Position numbers and translations under genes: made by a program
DNA from: Styela clava
Taxonomy: Eukaryota
NCBI RefSeq assembly: GCF_964204865.1
Contig: NC_135259.1
Coordinates: 7,688,001-7,752,000 of the forward strand
Direction: 5' to 3'
DNA length: 64,000 nt
The notes under the pieces: model-generated
Told to the model about the DNA's origin: nothing
What the model saw: the letters and a program-made list of their open reading frames with translations, nothing else
The model's database searches: none
Shown here: positions 13,948 through 27,600 of the stretch, piece by piece
How the letters are laid out: each line of letters opens with the position of its first letter
How positions within the stretch are numbered: position 1 is the first letter of the stretch

Positions 13948-15067
13948 TGCCATAGAAAATTCAGGTATCTTTATTAAGTATGCCGTTGCAGATAACGCAG
14001 TAGCAGTCAACGTAGTTTTCCAATTATTGATACAAAGCTGGCGACTAGAAGGCCATTGCCACCGTTTGCAGCAGACTTCATATATTTAGCAGAACGTGAT
14101 AATGATCAAAAATCTGAGAATTTTATGACATAGACATGCTAGTGGTCTATTAGCATTAGTTAAATGAGGCACATAAAGATGATTATCGTACAACCATGAT
14201 GTCAACTTTACACAACTGCGCATTGTGTGACTGAACATGACTGATTATTGTCTCGCCATATTGAAGCCTGCCGTTGCTGAAATGCAAGGTTTCTGATTTT
14301 TAATGTCATTCACCCATGACCGATCTTAGTGCATGGTTTGCTGGCTTAGGGCAAATTTATTGAAATATCTGTCTGCCTTGTCTTCAGTTTGTGAAATATT
14401 TTAAATATGAAAAGAATAAGAAAAAAAAACCTCGATTTCCTTCATTATGAACCTCATCGTTTGATTGTCAGCTGGCAACACGATGTTGTTAGAGAATGTT
14501 ATTCGGCTAGAAAATAGCTTTTATTTTACTGCTGTTATTTTTATGTAATATCCGTCTAACAATCACCCGTAATTCTGATTATGCATCTGTTAAATACACA
14601 CATTTGGATCAACAGAGTTGTAAACATGTTCATATAGCCCACTACATGGTGAAAGGAACCGAAACAACAAGAATCGACGTTGCAAACATGTATAGATACT
14701 TCATTGTGAGAGGAACTAAGTAAACACAACATATGTTTGAATAGCTCTTTTATTCGAATCTAAGGTTGCATTTGATAGAGTAAAATCTATTCAAAGGACA
14801 TTCTGCGAGCATTCATTGAAATATCAACTGATCCCATTGGTTGTCTGTAAGTGCCACAAGTAGTAAAACGACTCAAGATCTATTTTCAAAAACATCAAAA
14901 AATCTTGTACAATCTATGCGTCCTCGTGCATAAATGATTATGGTCAACAATGCTTCCAGTAATCACACGAATTGAATGATCATTTACACCTTTAACTTTA
15001 CATCCGTGTTCGACTTTTCCTGAACATCTCTGCACTATTGCTGTTAGATGCGATTTTCAATGAAATG

Positions 15068-15279
15068 CTAAAAATCCAACAATTTAATTTGTCCTGTTAA
15101 TCCAAATCCAATAGGCAGAATAAATGATCCAATAAGTGAGGATGATCCGGCAAAAATGAAAGTCCATACGCTGGAACCTGTTAGATCAAAGAGTATTCCT
15201 CCAATAATCGGACCCGTTACAACACCAATTCCATGCATAATTTCAAGATAGCCGACCGTAATATTGAAAAATTCAGATC
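15068..15279 (-). pseudogene. MCT copy C relic: only the terminal coding exon retained; exons 1-4 deleted
   Basis: 212-nt exon homologous to 5613-5402 with intact acceptor and stop. The flank switches at ~15515 from intron-4 homology directly to homology with the region upstream of the copy-B ATG (8640-9980). Confidence 0.85.
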
Positions 15280-16078
15280 CTGTCGAGAAAATATAGTTGT
15301 GAAGTACAATAAACGTATATTATATACTATATTATATATAATAATATATAGTAGACATTCTAATAGCATTATCAATTACTGAGTTATACTTGAAACTGAT
15401 TTTATAATGTATTTTTCTAAAAACAATTTATATAATCTTTATCGCGTCTTCCAACAGATTGAGAATGTGATATACCTTAGTGGTAACTATTAAATTATGA
15501 TTTATTATTATGATTAAAATTTTTTGTATATAAATCTAAAAAAGTTTTTGCATAATAATAAACCAAAGTGAATCTTAGGCAAGTATTAAATTACGGATAG
15601 AAGAATGCTTTCATTCAATAAAGTTTTCAGAATGTGTTCCTTTTCAAGCCACTTCGCATTTTGTCACCTACTGTCTTTGGTCTAAAACTTTTCCGTGTGG
15701 GCTTTACCTTTCACTGACCAATTATGCGCTAAACAGCTCAAAGCTGAATCTGTGACTTGCTATGGAGGTATGAGTATAAATATATTGACCCTATGAGAGC
15801 TATGAAAGCATATATAAATGTGACCTAACTAGAATGTGATCACATTCTAGCATAGCAGATGTTGCAAATATTGATTTTAACGTATAATTTGAGATAATTC
15901 CTTCTTAGTAATTAACTAAATACTATTATTCTGTACTTCCATTTATGATACACATCACTCACTAATACTCTCTCTAACCTAATAAAACTTCAATCATCCA
16001 CACAACGTTCTGTCGATACTGATGCGAATGTGTACTATTCCATCACTTGGTAAGGTAAACACCAAAAGCTGTATATTT

Positions 16079-16144
16079 ACACAGCATCCTGAGTCGTGTT
16101 AGGTACGGAACACACAGCATCCTGAGTCGTGTTAGGTTAGGAAC
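16079..16144. repeat. 33-bp tandem duplication (acacagcatcctgagtcgtgttaggt...)
   Basis: Two adjacent near-identical copies; single copy in the paralogous regions (~2340, ~9460). Confidence 0.85.
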
Positions 16145-18152
16145 TCTTTAAAGTTAAGTTAATTTAAGAATTATTTTACCTAAATTGGTGAAAGTAAAAA
16201 GATAATCGCAATTTTTCCATTTTACTCTTTGTAAGCTCGGATTGAAATATACAAACACACTGCATTGTAGTTTATTTTTGTACGAAAATAATTAAATTTC
16301 CCCTATGATATTAAATCAGTTACGTTTAAATAGATCGTATTTATTTTAGAAAAAGAAACAAAAATATTTCCCCAGGAAAAATACTCTATTCGAACAAAAG
16401 TCCAGACGAATTTTTCGAGGCATTATTAACATGTTGTACAGACAATGAAGAGCATGGCATTTGCTGAGTCCTAAAATGTATACAGAATAAATTACTCATT
16501 GCAAATGTTACCCAAAGGTAGGTAAACAGACAGAAGCACATTCTCTACTTGTCTTATATTCAAGTGCTATAAATGGTGCCATCATTTGCGTAACTTGGAA
16601 CAAAACACTACGACTTTTCATGATTTTTCAAGTAAAAAGTTACTGTACACGAAAACCGAATAACACATTGACTTGAAACTTGTAATTTTATGACTTGATT
16701 ATACACGAAAATTGATGATTCTGCCAGCTGTCTTCACGAGAATCTAACCTATTTGATCATTGCGGTTAGGGTGCGACCCGCCTGTTGGAGACCTATTTTT
16801 TAGCCAGTTTAACATAATGGGACTATCTAACTACCTTTTTGTTCCAAATGCCAATATATGTTATCAATTTTATGTAACTAATCACACTATCTGCCAGAGA
16901 TGAACTGCGTTATTATATTTACACACCCAGTTCAATTTTTGCACTTTAATTGTTTTGACTCGAACTCCCGGGTATTCCAAAATACGAAATCTTTGGTATG
17001 TCCTTCCACTAATTTAAGTGCGCATTTGGTGATTTCAGATCATTTTTGCTCATAACATAGATTACTTCACGCTTATTAGAATATCGCGATGATCAAACAC
17101 AATAGACCACAAAATCATCACTCTGGCACGATCACTAATACTAATACCACACAATATTATCTTCCTCTAGTACAGTGTTTCAACCTTTTCGAGCCTGCCG
17201 AAATCAATGCCATTCCACAAGTTCCCGTCGTATTGAACGGTTGAAACTTGCGCAATCAGAATTTAATAATCGGAAGCTAATTTGTACAAGGCAATAGGAA
17301 TTGATCATTGTAATAAACTGAATTCAAAAGTGGATAAAATGGTTCGATGATAAATCTAAGCGAAATTCTGCAATGAAATATTTTTGCCACTTAGTGAAAT
17401 TCAAACAACAAGATATTTTGTGCCCATAAAGCAGAATGCATCTGAAAGCACGCTATCGATGAGAAGTATGTCCAAGTATGCCCATACAACACCTGAATCC
17501 AATGGCAGGTTTACTAAATCTTAAATCTGCGCTAGTCTACACACAGCTTAGCTATAGTATATATATATGTATATCTGATAGGAACTGTAGTTATTTTTTT
17601 TCTAATTATAAGGCTGGGGGGTAATTGAAAAGTTTGATGATACACGATTATGTTAGCGGACATTCTCGAACCCCTTGAACATATCCACTGAACCTCTGGG
17701 GTACGTTCGAATCCATAGAAATAAAGCTATAGAGTATAGACTGTTTAAAAATAATGATGTCATTTAAGCTACTAATGCATTAATTCAAAACCTACAACAT
17801 ATAGGAGACATATTTTTAAAATTGACACAGTTTTTATTGCTGCAGTATTCTGTGAAAGTATTTACAGGGAGAACAAAATATAGAAAAGAAATTAAAATAG
17901 GAACTTGTAATTAACGCTGAACAATTATATGTGTTTTAAATACCAACTACAGGCGTTAAGACGAACGATAAACAAACATTTTATTCAACTAACTGACATT
18001 ATTAGAAATTCAGAGTTTGCAAACTGCACACGATTTTGATACAATATGATCATAGCAAGGTCGCGTGCATTCAATCATAAATAAAGGAGATTGATTTTTT
18101 AGTAAGGTAACCATTGACCACTAAATTGCCAAGAGCTGCGGTGGCTATATAA

Positions 18153-18413
18153 AACAAGAGAGCTATGCTCAAATATATGGACACGTAGCGCCACCTAAAG
18201 GCAATAATTTTGATGACGTCATAGCAACAACAAAAAAAGTAATAGCCTTCTGAAGAAAATTTTTATCTTTAACCACTGAAAATTTCAAAGCAATTGGTTC
18301 AGTAATCAAAGAGAAAAGCGACTTTTTAAAAACGTGTCAAAGAACAAGAATAAGAACAAGAACAACAACAACATAATATTGAAACGATCGTTATGTCCAT
18401 TTCGTGTCCAATT
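18153..18413 (-). mobile_element. Helentron-associated (HINE/DINE-1-like) non-autonomous element
   Basis: Subterminal inverted repeat GGACACG/CGTGTCC, terminal hairpin GAGC-TAT-GCTC, internal (aagaac/aac)n microsatellite. Second copy at 37509-37748. Confidence 0.65.
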
Positions 18414-18646
18414 ATAGCGTGGTATACCGCGTTGGTGAACACCACTTGACGAGGTACTTGAGGCAGTTCTTGTCAATGCGATCAGGAAAACTGAGACGAA
18501 GTATCATAACCGAAGGTCTGAAAACATTCTGGCACATGTACACTGACATTGAACAGCTTGAATATTCCATCCTGACAGCATGACAGTCAATAGATATAAA
18601 GGTTAATAGCATCTTTAGAGTTGTTAATTTCTGGTGCGCGCTGCTA

Positions 18647-21600
18647 CTAATAAGTGTTTTCCTCAATTGTGTTAAGTATCCAAGGAACGAAATAGAAAAC
18701 ATCCGTATAAAACCCTGGATAGACGACATCGTTGACCTTTGCACCACAGCCGAGTCCCCAACTGACGATGCCAACTTGATACCAACACGTCTCTCCTTCT
18801 TTTGATTTGATCTAAATGTAAAAGATTAGAAAATAAAATTATATATATGAAATGTGAAAACTCAAAAGTCAATTGATTACGTATAAAATGATTTATTGTC
18901 GTTCATTCTTTTAACAGCGTTCAAGGTATAATAATGTTTCTACTTTAATTTATTTTAATCAATTCTTGAACTGAACACTGATGTATTATGTATAAAATCT
19001 AAAGACATCCATTATTTTTTTTTAGCTTTTTCCGAAGTATCAATGACGCTACGTACCTTTCTCACGAGCGGCCCACCACTATCGCCTTGGCACGAATCCA
19101 CTCTTTTCTTAGAATTAATTGCACAAAATATGCCAGGAACAAATTTAGGAGCACCTTTCCACGTGTCTTTCATAACACCCAGCCTGTCTTTGCAACTAAA
19201 TAAAGAAATAAAATTTTTGGCTAGTTATAAATAACAGCAAGACCACATAAAAAATGACAATAAAACTAGTCAATCAAGTTTTAAAAATTGCTGAAAATTC
19301 ATACTATGTAGTATTTTTAATTTCTAAAGCTCCTTGCTGAAGTCTTAATGACGTAATAATTCCTGAGAAATCGTCCGGTGTTCGCTCGGTAGTATGTCCA
19401 AAACCGGTAACTACTGATGGACTGAAATTGTTAAAGTCCGTACCCGATAACTTGTATTTTTCACCTGAAATAGTTAAACGGGAAACGTCTGAGTGTCATG
19501 TAAATAATACTTGCCTAATTAGAATATTTTTAGAAAAAGAAACTACTTTGACATCATGCAATATTATGTAGGCCTACAACTTATTATGGCAACTGTAGCT
19601 TTATTTACATTACACTAAGTATAACGGTTCTACCACCTACTGAATAAAAAAAATAGGCGACACAAAGATGACCCCTATCCAAAAGCTTCGGTCAAGACAA
19701 TCTAACAAAAGTGAGTGACAAAAAAGCAATAAGTGCAACGACCATTTATTTCTACGCTTGGAGTAGATCACGACACACGTCATCACGCCACACACTCTTT
19801 TGCCCCTGACCAGTGACCGGACGGCGCACAATCATGTATAAAACGTACCTCGTTGAATATGAACATATATATATACATGATAGTAAAATGCAGTTCATTT
19901 TATTAAATCAAATCAAGTGTTTTTTATTTTACTTTCTACTTTTTTTTCATTATCTTCGCTGTCAAATTTGTTTTTATATACTTACCTTGTTTATCACAAT
20001 CATCAGAGTCAAACTTAGAGGAAGAAAATCGAGAATCTTTGCAGTTATTTATACACGGTATACATATTGGTCGAATAACCTCATTGAATACTAATACACC
20101 TACTGAATTGATTATGAAATCTTCATTTTTGATAATTAAGTTATATCCCAGCTTTATCTTAAAACAAAAAATGAATACAGTAAAGTACAGTAAGATTCCT
20201 AGCTGAAGTAAATGAGCTCTATTCTTTAGAGTACAATTTTGTAAATCAATAAAATTTAACCGCGATACAATAGACTGGAGACCTTACATCACATATCATC
20301 AAAGGTAGTAAACTTTTTATTTCTGACAAAGAAAATTTGCGTAAAAATCAAGAAAGATTATATGTACTTCCTACACAGCCTTTGTAGTGTACTTACTAAT
20401 GCAATATCGTTTTTCATATTATGTAGTGTAAACTTTTCATGCATTATAATTTTATCCGCATCATAGTATCTTTCAGTTCCAACTTGCTCATCAACTAATC
20501 GAATTTCAGTTATTCCTGAAATTCGACAAAAAATTTCAATGATGTTCGAGAATAAAAAATAGTAATATATAAATAATAATAATATCATTTTTTTTGTTAT
20601 AAAAGGAAATCTAGATTCCAGATATCTCTCTCTAGTACAGTGGTTCCCGAACTTTTTAGAGTTGGGACCCACTATTTATTACCACAGCTTATGACGACCC
20701 ATTTAACTTTTTGTGACATAACAAAGAACACAGCAATGGCTAATCATCGCAAAACTACCGTGTTTCCTCAAAAATAAAAACGAGAATCTGGAAACGAGAC
20801 CTAATTTGAATTTTAAAAATGATTTCAATTAAACCCTACCCTAGAAATAAATTTAAAATGTGTGGCAGAGGAAAGGTTAAATGACCTGAGGTAAGGTGAA
20901 GATTATACCACGATTCAAGATTGTGTGATGTCACAATCACAATTATGACATTTGTCACTTGGTTTTTGTATGGGAAATACGAATAAAAACACGGTATGTC
21001 GGTTTTTATATAATGTTTGTTAAAAAATCTCTTGATTTTCTACAATGTAATTTTATTTTCAATAAATGAACACAAAAAAACCTCTTTCAAAAAAAAACAT
21101 AGTGTTATTCTTCGAAATAAAGTAAATCTAAATCCTGTCTTAATTTCGGGGAAACACGGTAAGAAGTGCTGTACAATGTACAAAACTGCTATGCGTAAAA
21201 AGCCACATGGTCATTCTTTGTGTAGCAAATTTTTGTTCCTTTGAGAAGATCAGGAAAAGGGAACTTTTACAGATTAGAATTTAAATTAAATTTGATTTCT
21301 TTTGTTTTTTTTGAAGTTTTACGTATTCAAGTCGCCACCGATCCTAATAATCGGTATATTTAATCAAAGCTTTTTACATCTCTTCACGACCCACTAAGTT
21401 CCTTTCGCGACCCACCAGTGGGTCGCGACCTATAGTTTGGGAACCGCTGCTCTAGTAACAACCCCCGCTATGAGACTAAAAAAAATTATATACCAAGTGG
21501 TGTTTGAAAGAGAAAAGACAAAATGAAAAAAAAAGATGATAATCATTCGACTTGTCCAAAAACATTATACTGTTTATAAATACTGACTAGATTTTCTACA

Positions 21601-24600
21601 AATCCAATATTGTTCACGGTTTTCACAGCTTTTAATATTAAAATATCGTCTTTGAGATACAATAAATTTGTTCAATAACCTTATCTAATTAAAACATACC
21701 CATTGCAAATATAAAATTCTTTTGCCAATTCTTCTCTCTTCGTTTTGCTGAATCGAAAATATGAGATGCTGTCAGCAGCCAACGATTATTAAGTATGGAC
21801 GCTCCACCTCGAACGTTGTCGAAAGTCTAAAAATAAATATAAAATTCATTAAAATAAAAAAAAAACTCAATATATAGTGGGATGTATACAGATGGACGAT
21901 TCGATATTTTACTTATGCTGATTCTAGTATTTTTCGATATAGACAAACTCTAGAATTTTTTACTACAGATCTTCTTATCTGCTATTTTATATAATTATAC
22001 AATCCAAACATATCGTCATCATTTGTTATATTTGAGTTTTTTCTTTTGTTTGATATTTGAAAATTCGTATGCTGGCGATAAAACAATATGCGTATATTCA
22101 GTATATTTATAATAAATCAAATTTAATCTATTATAACCGTTCCCCCTAACCTGACTGACTGTAGACTTCTTTTTTAGAACAACAACTTGCCATGGCCATG
22201 CACCTTCTATTGCATTTGTTCCTTCAATTACTCTAAGCACTTTAATTTTGTCTATACGATCAACATCACCAGCGATACCACATTTTGTGTAATCAACTGC
22301 AAAGTAATAAAATAGTATTGAAGATAAGTAACAAAATGGCATTCCGTAATAGGATGTTTGTGGTAAATGGAAAGGTGTTAGGGTACGTCACTAATCTTCT
22401 ATCTTATTTTGTATGTTTTTGTAGAACAGATGGATTCAAGATACGGCCCGCGGGCCATTGGCCCGATGGACCCATTTACGTGGTCCGTGAGAGGCTTGCT
22501 ATACCATTATTTTTGATACTGTTTCTTATTTTATTTGTAACGGTACCAACCTTTGGCGTTTTCGGTCTTGTGTTATGTGACTACGTCACACTGGGGTGAA
22601 GATTCGTCCGACAAGGATTCAAGAACGCGTTTTTTTTTCGGTGCAGTGTAGTGATTAAAAAAGTTACGACAGGTATTCCAGTTAGGGATTTGTTCAAAAA
22701 GAATTGTTTTAGAACAATTGTTTTAAATCAAGTTTTTTTGCCTGTTTTGTTCAAAATGGCTGTACTATTTGATTTTTTGTTTTAAATAGGTTGAAGAAAA
22801 ATGAATGTAAAAACTTGCCAAGCGCTTCTTATTTGCAATAAATTTTTCAAAACGCCACAAATACCGACAGAGGCTCATGCACACCTTCTCAAGCTGTAGT
22901 TCAGTGGCTGGCGCAGTAAGACGCAACCGATAACGTAACGCCATTACGTAAACGACCCTGCGACAAAACCACCTTGCGAAATTGAAATGCGATCGAATAA
23001 ATGAGTTTGTTTAATCTTGAAAAACTCTATCACTTCAACCTTAAAAACAAAGCTTGCTAAGCATAAATTAACCGAACAATATTAACCGTAATAATGCCTT
23101 CATATTACGAGAAAAATGTCAATACATGAACTCGAAATCCACATCATGGCGTCATAACAGATTATTTGAGGCGTCATTGCATCAGAGGACTCTAACAATT
23201 AACATAGGCCAGGCTAGGGTGTCTCATCCGCCGTCGATAAAAGCATATTCTTCATGATCGCAACCCACTCGTTTTGCCGAAGGCTGCCATCCCTCTAACT
23301 GATTTTGTAGTAGGCTTGTGAGCAAATTTTCATGATTTTCTTACTCAAAACGTCTCTTTGATATCACGGATAAACATCCCGGTTAAAATCTTATGATTTT
23401 TGTGGAGATACGAAAGTCGCGATAAATGTACGCAATAGAAGTAAAAGTCAAAATAGCAATTTTTACTTACATTTTTAAAATTATAATTCATGCTGCATGT
23501 ACAGCTGCCCAAATGCAACGTTTTGGCGTAGTTTCGCGGCCATGTATTTCAATACAAAATACAGAAAAATTTGATTTAAAACAAGCCCTTATTTTAAAAC
23601 ACGATGTTACTTCTTTATTCAACACAATCACTAAATGGTTTGCCAATGTGGGCGCCACTATTGTACAAAACCAATTTGCTAGTTAGTAGTTACGATACCA
23701 TTGTGGATCAATTAATTGTTGAAGTCCGTATTGTCTTCGGGTAAAAATATTTATCAAAAAATGTCTCTAGAGAAGAAACATTCAGCGAAATACAGAGTTT
23801 AAAACAGTGGCTCGCCGAATGGACGACCTATAAGAAAATCAGAAGTAGAACAAGATAACAAGCAATCGTTGATTCCAAACGAGCCTACTACGGAAACGAT
23901 TAGCATATTTTAAAAGGAGCTATTCATATTATTGGAGTTGCACGAATATGTAAAATTATGCATGAATCGATCTTTACTTTGGCATCACGTATCTCTTTGA
24001 TCAGTTCTTTAATTGAAATACGCCCTGGCAAGCTCAACTTCGAGTTGCTATAAACTTGTTAGTTTTCCGATGACCCGGCCTTTCATAACTAAAGTTTTAC
24101 GCTTTGACCCATAGCGATACGCACGTGCACGCCCCTGTTATAAAACGAAACAGGATATTTCTTACTTGTTTTAGGTTTTGTTGGCAAAGGTGGCGGTGGA
24201 AATGGAGGCGGAATGCTTAATTTTCTGGCATCGTCACATGTCACGTCAACGTAGTCCAGTGACCAAGTAGAAAAAGGTTTGCAAGTGATTGTAGCTACTT
24301 CGTATCCAGAACACGTCAGAACAGCCTGTAGTTTAGATAATAGTTAATTAATAAACAGATTTTCTATATTCTAATAATATGATGAATAAAGTCCATATGC
24401 TCTCATGTATATGTGATGATATTTCTAAAGCTAAAGTTATGATCCTGCCAAATTTTCCTGCCAACAGCAGGAAGCAGATACTTGGGCGCGATTCCATATT
24501 TAAAATAATGGAGGCAACTAGAACAAACGCTTTCTTAGCGATGGAAAATCAAAGCAGCATATAGAAGTACCTCATCTCCTGTCGAAAATTGGATAAAAGC

Positions 24601-27600
24601 AACGTCGTCTTTATGACCTTGCAGTTGAACGCCAGTTTTAAGTAAATAGGTATCTAGTACGCAACCTCTGTCTGGAACAAAAATATATGAAAATATTATT
24701 ACGAAATAAAATTATATCGTAAATACTTTTTTATTTTCAATACCCAAATATCCCATTGCGAATGTAGTATGAAAACAAGTAAAAAATTTTAACGCATCTA
24801 AATTTTTGATTTACGAATAAAATTGATCCCGGGATTGTTTGAAACCATAAACTTTTCGACGGATTTTAAATTTTCTTAAATGTATATATCAGTCAAACAT
24901 AGGATTCTTCCTAATGCATCTGCTAAAATTTTAATTGAATAATGCGAAAGCGAAAAGTTTTCCTCTACTATAGCTAATTCAGAAAAGTTTAAATTTAATG
25001 TTTTTTTTTTTCTGTACTTTATTTTTTATTCATGCTGATAATAAGTGCTGAAATTCATAAATTTGAGGTCATTGATTTATTGTTATCACAAAGTAAAATG
25101 TGGATTTATAAATTTTTCTTTAAGAAGAACGCTAACCTTTGCATGTTGGTGGCGGCCCTGACCATTGACCAGTAGCTCCGCACCAAATAGTTCGGAATCC
25201 TAATATTTTGAAGCCTATTTGACAGGAAAACCTTGCGTATGTGCTTGCTGAACTGTATTCAACTGTGAGATATTTGGATAGATTGATGAGTTCCGGACAT
25301 CCTGAAAATAAATAAGCATTGACGTGGTAAATTCTTTTTTGTGCCAAAAAAATAGGATTTTTTCTTCCACGTAATAAAATTCGAATATATATTGAAAATC
25401 TTACGAATATCTTTGAGTTTTTTCAAGTTTCATATCGATCGAACACTCGAAGAATGTTTTTTGTGAACAATCGAAATTTTTGCCATATATCAAATATATG
25501 CATATATTTTATTATCATGAGTGCGCGTTGTTTTTAGTTGTAACTTATTCATGCTTGCAAGATAAATTCCTGGAGAATGATTTTTTCCAGTTTTGTATTT
25601 CAACACAAGCTTTCCACCTTATCCCGAATGTCACTGATGTAGCTTAGCTATTCCGCACCTTGAAGTTTACCAGAGTTGGATGCGTATAAGTCAATACAAA
25701 AATGTAAACATTTCATAAATGAATATATTATGCTGTTGACCATATTGTATTTAATATTCAGAAGAATATTTTACAAATCTTGTGTTAGAATTCGATGTGA
25801 TAATTACCACATGTTGGTGTGGGATTGTCCCATACGTTCATCCCAACGCATTTCAGTGTCTTCGATCCGTGCATATGCAAGGCTTGCCTTTTGCATCTGA
25901 ATGTTATTGTGGATCTTATTGCATAAATATTGTCACCTTGGAGACTGCTTTCTATAACTTGGACACTCTTTGAATAAGGTGGCAGATTACAAAATTGCTC
26001 TGTTAAAACAAAAGTTATACTCAATATATATATACAGGGTGTCTCAAAATTAAGTATACACTTTTAATTTTCAGAGCGTTCATTTATTCGGAAAACATAA
26101 GTAGTCGAATTTAGTTATTGTTTGAATTTTTACTGACCCACAGAATGACAATGAGTTTAACCCAACAAATGTGATGCAAAAAGCATAAAAATCAATAAAA
26201 ACTCAACACTTCCTTAACAGAGAATTTGTAATTAATTCGGCTCTGAATGCTTCCCTCGGACCGTCCGCTGCTTGGTTTTCCTGATTTTTGTGCATCAACT
26301 ACAGATCGAGTTTCCATAAATTTACGATGAATTGCCCAAAAATTTTCGTCGTGTAGTAACCGAATTAATAACAAATTCTCTGTTAAATTGGCGCTCAGTT
26401 TTCTTACTGATTTATATGCTTTTTGCCAAACAGCAATTTAGCACCTCATTTGTTGGCTTAATCTCCTTGTCATTCTATGGGTTGGTAAAAAAATGCAAAT
26501 ATTACCTAAATTTTACTACTTATACATACTATGTTTTCTAAAGAAATGAACGCTCTACGATGAGTACCTGAAAAGAAAATCAAAATTGAAAGTGTATACT
26601 TACTTTTGAGACACCCAGTATAGTCCTTCGAAGGAAATAAGCAAATGTGTATATAGCAAAAGTAATTCAAATACAGCATATAAACGTCCCGACAAAGAAC
26701 TTGCATTGAAGATAGTTATACAAGATGACCCCAATTAAAACCATTACGTTTTTATGCACTTTATTTGAATTAACTTGTACATTCGCCAGTAACCCTGGCG
26801 AATGTACAAGGTAATTCAAATGCCCCCTGCGCGGTCAAAAACGGTACAATACTTCACAATACCCAATATCTGGTAGGTCCTACTGAGGTAATATAGTAAC
26901 ATACCTAAACATTTCGGCAACTGATCAGACCATTCACCGTTATCCTGACAATTCAGCTCAGATGCTCCTTGCAATTGGAAACCGGTTTTACAAAATATAA
27001 CAATGAAAGTTCCATCTCGATACTGACGCATGTTGGATCCTTCCGGCGCTGTTAATGGTTTGCATTTAGTTCTGCTAGGTCCTGTTGAAAATAGAAGAGA
27101 ATAAAAATTTTGTGATAATGTTGCTTCATGGGATGTTATCATCAATGCCTCGTGGGTTAAACATCATTTCTGAAGTACATGAGTAGTCGTTTGAAATTCA
27201 GCTAGCGTTTATTTGAGCAAACTAAGCGAACCGTAAAATGCCAGAGATTTCAGAAACGAATGCAAAGGCCAGTACCTGATCTAGACACAAGATGGATGCG
27301 TCTTTATTATATATAATTTATGTAAAGTGTAACTGAAAGATCTATAGCGGTTCTCAAACCGTAGGGCGCGCCTCACAATAGGAGCGTAGACAACTTTTGA
27401 GGGCTCTCCAGAAGTATGTGCATCAAGATGGCGGACACCGGAACGTAGTATGAGTACCAGGTTGGGATTAGGCCATAATTTTATTCCAATTTTCTCCTAT
27501 TTGAGTTTTATTACGAGTTTGGGGACTAGCCAAGTGACTCTTGTAGTATTTGTGCCTGAAATTTTATCCTAATTCTAACCAGGTACACATACTACGTTCT

